From Alcaligenaceae bacterium (GTDB taxonomy: Bacteria; Pseudomonadota; Gammaproteobacteria; Burkholderiales; Burkholderiaceae_B), in the NCBI GenBank assembly GCA_947378965.1, contig CANCMG010000002.1, positions 5,938-69,937 on the forward strand: a stretch of 64,000 nt of DNA, written 5' to 3'. Made by a program: the position numbers and the translations under genes. This document shows positions 61,028 through 64,000 of the stretch, one piece after another. Below the pieces are notes generated by a model that did not search any database, was not told the DNA's origin, and was given only the letters and a program-made list of their open reading frames with translations. The number at the start of each line of letters is the position of its first letter. The first letter of the stretch is position 1.

Positions 61028-61091
61028 GTTGCAAGCAAATACTCCAAACTGAAATTAGGGTTGCAAGCAAATACTCCAAACTGAAATTAGG
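61028..61091. repeat. perfect 32-bp tandem duplication
   Basis: GTTGCAAGCAAATACTCCAAACTGAAATTAGG occurs twice head to tail. The last copy forms a CTGAAAT/ATTTCAG hairpin with the following bases. Confidence 0.95.
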
Positions 61092-61125
61092 ATTTCAGCG
61101 CTTAAGAAGGCACTGAGAATTTCAA

Positions 61126-62361
61126 TTAGCGGCTGCCAAATACGGATTTAATTTTTTGCCAAATAATACTGAGCATTACGGTCACGGGATGAATAGCCTT
61201 TGCCTGAGGCGGCGCGATGGTTTCAGGGTGTGCTAAACGCTGCGACACATTCTTACCAAAATCTGCCACCATACGCCGTACAAACTCTTGCACCAAGCCA
61301 GAGCGTGAAAACTGTGCCAATGGACCCTGCAAGGTGTAGAGCAACTCAACAGCAACACGTGTGCTCGACGCACTTGATGCTTCGAGTTGATAGCGCACAT
61401 CGCCGGTCGCACGCGACTGACTGACCGAATCCTGACCCACACCTTTCAACACCGCAACACGCTGCGCAGCATCACGCGAAATAGTGGCACTGCCTTTGAA
61501 GATTGCAGACATTGGGCCGAACTTTATCGCAATCTTGCCTGCGACCTGCTCAGGGGTTTCACTCTCAATTTGAGCGCCTGGCAAACAACTCGCGACAGCC
61601 TTTAAGTCGGACATGAAAGACCAAACTGCATCAACGCCAAACGGAACGTCAAACGACGCGTTGACCTTCGTGCCTTTTTGCTGAACCTGTTGACTACCGC
61701 CCTGTGTTTCAGAAACACCGCCAATGATGGCAGGGCGCAAAGGCATTTGAGCACTCGCCTCAGAAATCTGACCAAGCTCGCGCTTGGCCTCAAAGCTCGT
61801 AAAGCCTTGCGCAGCCTCAGCCTCTGACATGACAACAGGTTTTGTCATCCCCTTAGCCATCGCCACACGCAACGCTTGCACCTGAGCATCAGGATGATCA
61901 CGCAAGTCTTGCAACACCGCCAAGATCGCCGACACAATCCCCATATAGCCGGTGCAGCGGCATAAATTGCCCGCCAGTTCGATCCGTACACGCTGCTCGT
62001 CGGCCTGCGGCAAACGCAAGATGATATCGCGCGCTGTTGCTAGCATACCTGGCGTGCAGTAGCCACATTGCAAAGCGTGATGAGCCTGAAAGGCGACACG
62101 CAAGCGCGACATCACAGGATCAGAGTCGTAGCCCTCAATCGTCGTAATGGAACGCCCCTCGCAGGCCACCGCGTAAGTGATACAAGCCCTGACCGGCTCG
62201 CCATCAAGCAGTACCGTACAGGCACCACAAACACCGTGTTCGCAACCAAGGTGGGTGCCTGTGAGCTGCACAGTGTCACGCAAAAAATCACCCAAATGGG
62301 TTCGGTCAGAGACCGTTTTTTGAATGGACTGACCGTTGACCGTTAACGTAATGATATTCAT
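61126..62361 (-). CDS. fusion of a CoxS-like [2Fe-2S] small subunit with a CoxG-like SRPBCC domain
   Basis: 411 aa. The N-terminal half has CEHGVCGACTV, QCGYCTPGM and CRCTGY. The C-terminal roughly 170 aa (KVNASFDVPFGVDAVWSFMSDLKAVASCLPGA) look CoxG-like. Confidence 0.8.
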   Translation of the reverse strand: MNIITLTVNGQSIQKTVSDRTHLGDFLRDTVQLTGTHLGCEHGVCGACTVLLDGEPVRACITYAVACEGRSITTIEGYDSDPVMSRLRVAFQAHHALQCGYCTPGMLATARDIILRLPQADEQRVRIELAGNLCRCTGYMGIVSAILAVLQDLRDHPDAQVQALRVAMAKGMTKPVVMSEAEAAQGFTSFEAKRELGQISEASAQMPLRPAIIGGVSETQGGSQQVQQKGTKVNASFDVPFGVDAVWSFMSDLKAVASCLPGAQIESETPEQVAGKIAIKFGPMSAIFKGSATISRDAAQRVAVLKGVGQDSVSQSRATGDVRYQLEASSASSTRVAVELLYTLQGPLAQFSRSGLVQEFVRRMVADFGKNVSQRLAHPETIAPPQAKAIHPVTVMLSIIWQKIKSVFGSR

Positions 62362-62479
62362 GCGTGGGTTCTCGGCTGAAGGATTTGTCTAGTCGCCCAG
62401 CTAATACGGTTCACAATATTCATGGTTTTCAGCTGTCGTCTCATCCCGCAACTGACTGGTGTGTCTTTCATGGATCGCT

Positions 62480-63325
62480 TCATGTAGCACCCCGCACACC
62501 GAAAGCCTGCGCGAGACAGCGCGCCACTGCAGCGCCGGCCATGCGGCGGCCTAGCGTATCAAGTTGATCGATATTCTCTCGTAAGGCAGCGTCAATTGCA
62601 GCACCAGACGCGGCAACCACACCGCTGCGGGCGACCTCACTGGCAAGAGCCTCAAGTGCCACGGGGGCGCCGTCTAACGCGCCCACAACAATCTGAGCCG
62701 TTGAGGTGGCAGAATCAAAATACGCCGCGCAGCTGGCCTCAGCGAATTCGCCGGTCTTTCGACAAAACTTGTAGTAGCCCCAACGGGCTTGCGCACTTAA
62801 GAGCGGCAGATGCAGTGCGGTGATCGCCTCACCTTCACCCAAGCTAGTCGTGTATGCCGCCAGCATGAAGTCTTGCATGTTAATCAAACGCGGCGCTTGT
62901 TCAAAGGCACACACTTCAACCTGCGCATTAAGCGCACGTGCAGCAAGAACCCAGTCGGCCGCTGGATCGGCATGCGCCAAACTACCGCCCACTGTGCCAC
63001 GATTGCGCACAGAGCGATAAGCAATGCGCGCAGCCATCTCTTGAACAGGATGCCCGCACAAGAGCTCAAAACGACCATCTTCAACTTCGGCGTGTGTCAC
63101 CGAAGCCCCGACTCGCACACGCCCTTGCACCAGATCCACGCTGCGTAATTCATCAAGGCGCGATATATCCAGCACGTGTGCAGGACGCGCTAGGCGCAAG
63201 TTCAGCATAGGGCCCAGGGATTGACTACCTGCCATCAATTTGGCTTGGCCGCCAGAGCGAGCAAGCGTTTGCAAGGCCTGAACCAGCGTGGCGGGTTTCA
63301 CATAGTCGAACTGTGCCGCTTTCAT
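62480..63325 (-). CDS. CoxM-like FAD-binding medium subunit of a xanthine-dehydrogenase-family molybdoenzyme
   Basis: 281 aa with FDYVKPATLVQALQTL and KLMAGSQSLGPMLNLRLARP. Confidence 0.8.
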   Translation of the reverse strand: MKAAQFDYVKPATLVQALQTLARSGGQAKLMAGSQSLGPMLNLRLARPAHVLDISRLDELRSVDLVQGRVRVGASVTHAEVEDGRFELLCGHPVQEMAARIAYRSVRNRGTVGGSLAHADPAADWVLAARALNAQVEVCAFEQAPRLINMQDFMLAAYTTSLGEGEAITALHLPLLSAQARWGYYKFCRKTGEFAEASCAAYFDSATSTAQIVVGALDGAPVALEALASEVARSGVVAASGAAIDAALRENIDQLDTLGRRMAGAAVARCLAQAFGVRGAT

Positions 63326-64000
63326 CGCACCACATCCGTTTTTGATTCAAGTGCCTCAAGCACTCGTCTTGGTGTCAAGGGCGTACGCGTGAGTTCGGTC
63401 GCACCGACTCGGCGCAGGGCATCATTGACGGCACCAAAAATTGCGGCGGGTGGTGCAATGGCGCCGCCCTCACCCATCCCCTTTGCACCAAACTCAGTAT
63501 GTGGCGATGGAGTTTCAAAATGATCCATTCGAATATTAGGAACCTCAGTCGCACCGGGCATGACATAGTCTGCGAGCGTCGAGGCCAAGGGTTGCGCGAA
63601 CTCGTCGTAACGCATTTCTTCATACAACGCCGTACCAATCCCCTGCGCGACCCCACCGATCGTTTGCCCTTCAACGACCATCGGATTGACGAGTACACCG
63701 CAGTCTTCAACGACCACATAATCCAAGATTTCAACGCCACCCATTTGCGGATCGACAGCAACAAGCGCCACGTGTGTGGCATAACTAAAGGCACCCGTAT
63801 CCACTCTTGGCTTGTAGCCAACGGTCGCCTCTAAACCCGCAGGGTCAACGTCTGGCGGTAAAAGTTGGGGGCTCAGGTACCAAGCTCTTGCAATATCACT
63901 CAAAGACACTCGACGCTCAGCGCAACACACTGAACCACCTTCAAGAACAACGTCAGTCGCAGCAGCTTTCAACAAATGTGCACCAATTTTCAAAAGCTGC
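63322..64000 (-). CDS. CoxL-like molybdopterin-binding large subunit, C-terminal part; the gene continues beyond the right edge
   Basis: It has GGVAQGIGTALYEEMRYD and FGAKGMGEGGAIAPPAAI. The frame stays open upstream of the track's TTG at 63993 to the window end. The stop overlaps the coxM-like start by 4 nt. Confidence 0.8.
   Translation of the reverse strand, partial: QLLKIGAHLLKAAATDVVLEGGSVCCAERRVSLSDIARAWYLSPQLLPPDVDPAGLEATVGYKPRVDTGAFSYATHVALVAVDPQMGGVEILDYVVVEDCGVLVNPMVVEGQTIGGVAQGIGTALYEEMRYDEFAQPLASTLADYVMPGATEVPNIRMDHFETPSPHTEFGAKGMGEGGAIAPPAAIFGAVNDALRRVGATELTRTPLTPRRVLEALESKTDVVR

Noticed and set aside
1-64000. Mobile elements, prophage, defence systems, toxin-antitoxin pairs, secondary-metabolite megasynthases
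   Set aside because: I looked for integrase/transposase/recombinase motifs, terminal inverted repeats, tRNA-adjacent islands, nuclease/helicase/ATPase defence-type architectures and small paired ORFs. I found none. Every long ORF has a plausible metabolic, transport or regulatory assignment.

Overview
This is a gene-dense 64 kb chromosomal window with about 60 CDS. I saw no rRNA, tRNA, CRISPR array, transposase, integrase or phage genes. The content is four Bug/TctC-type solute receptors, three MmgE/PrpD paralogs, three MBL-fold hydrolases, two family-III CoA-transferases, a TRAP transporter and LysR control. That mix looks like the carboxylate-catabolic chromosome of a Burkholderiales-type betaproteobacterium, which is an inference from content only. 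From left to right the window holds: (1) a D-aminoacylase / diaminopropionate ammonia-lyase / M20 carbamoylase-like / D-carbamoylase cluster; (2) a long minus-strand island of duplicated MBL-Bug-PrpD modules behind a FadH-like Fe-S flavoenzyme with a divergent LysR; (3) LysR, a leaderless binding protein, an amidase, a PEP-mutase/ICL-family enzyme and tartrate dehydrogenase; (4) a TRAP transporter plus lipoprotein; (5) a yybP-ykoY Mn2+ riboswitch (invisible to an ORF track) in front of a TerC-family gene and an orphan 147-aa gene; (6) a CoA-transferase/hydratase/acyl-CoA dehydrogenase/PrpD cluster; (7) a light/pterin neighbourhood with a divergent photolyase-family gene, a 55-aa DUF2256-like ORF missing from the ORF track, a truncated Cry-DASH-like remnant, an Fe-S (6-4)-photolyase-type gene, pterin carbinolamine dehydratase, and a folE gene translationally coupled to a stand-alone BLUF photoreceptor; (8) an otnK-otnC-denD-like acid-sugar module; (9) a domain-permuted aconitase-family protein; (10) a DsbB-like protein with a small membrane partner; (11) a coxL-M-S(G)-like molybdoenzyme running off the right edge. 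The candidates I rate most worth follow-up are the folE-BLUF operon inside the photolyase/pterin neighbourhood, the orphan gene in the Mn-riboswitch/TerC unit, the duplicated PrpD/MBL/Bug island, the permuted aconitase, and a striking number of short head-to-tail duplications sitting exactly on gene boundaries (for example a 39-bp unit copying the 3' end plus stop codon of otnC). All functional calls come from by-eye motif recognition. No searches were run.
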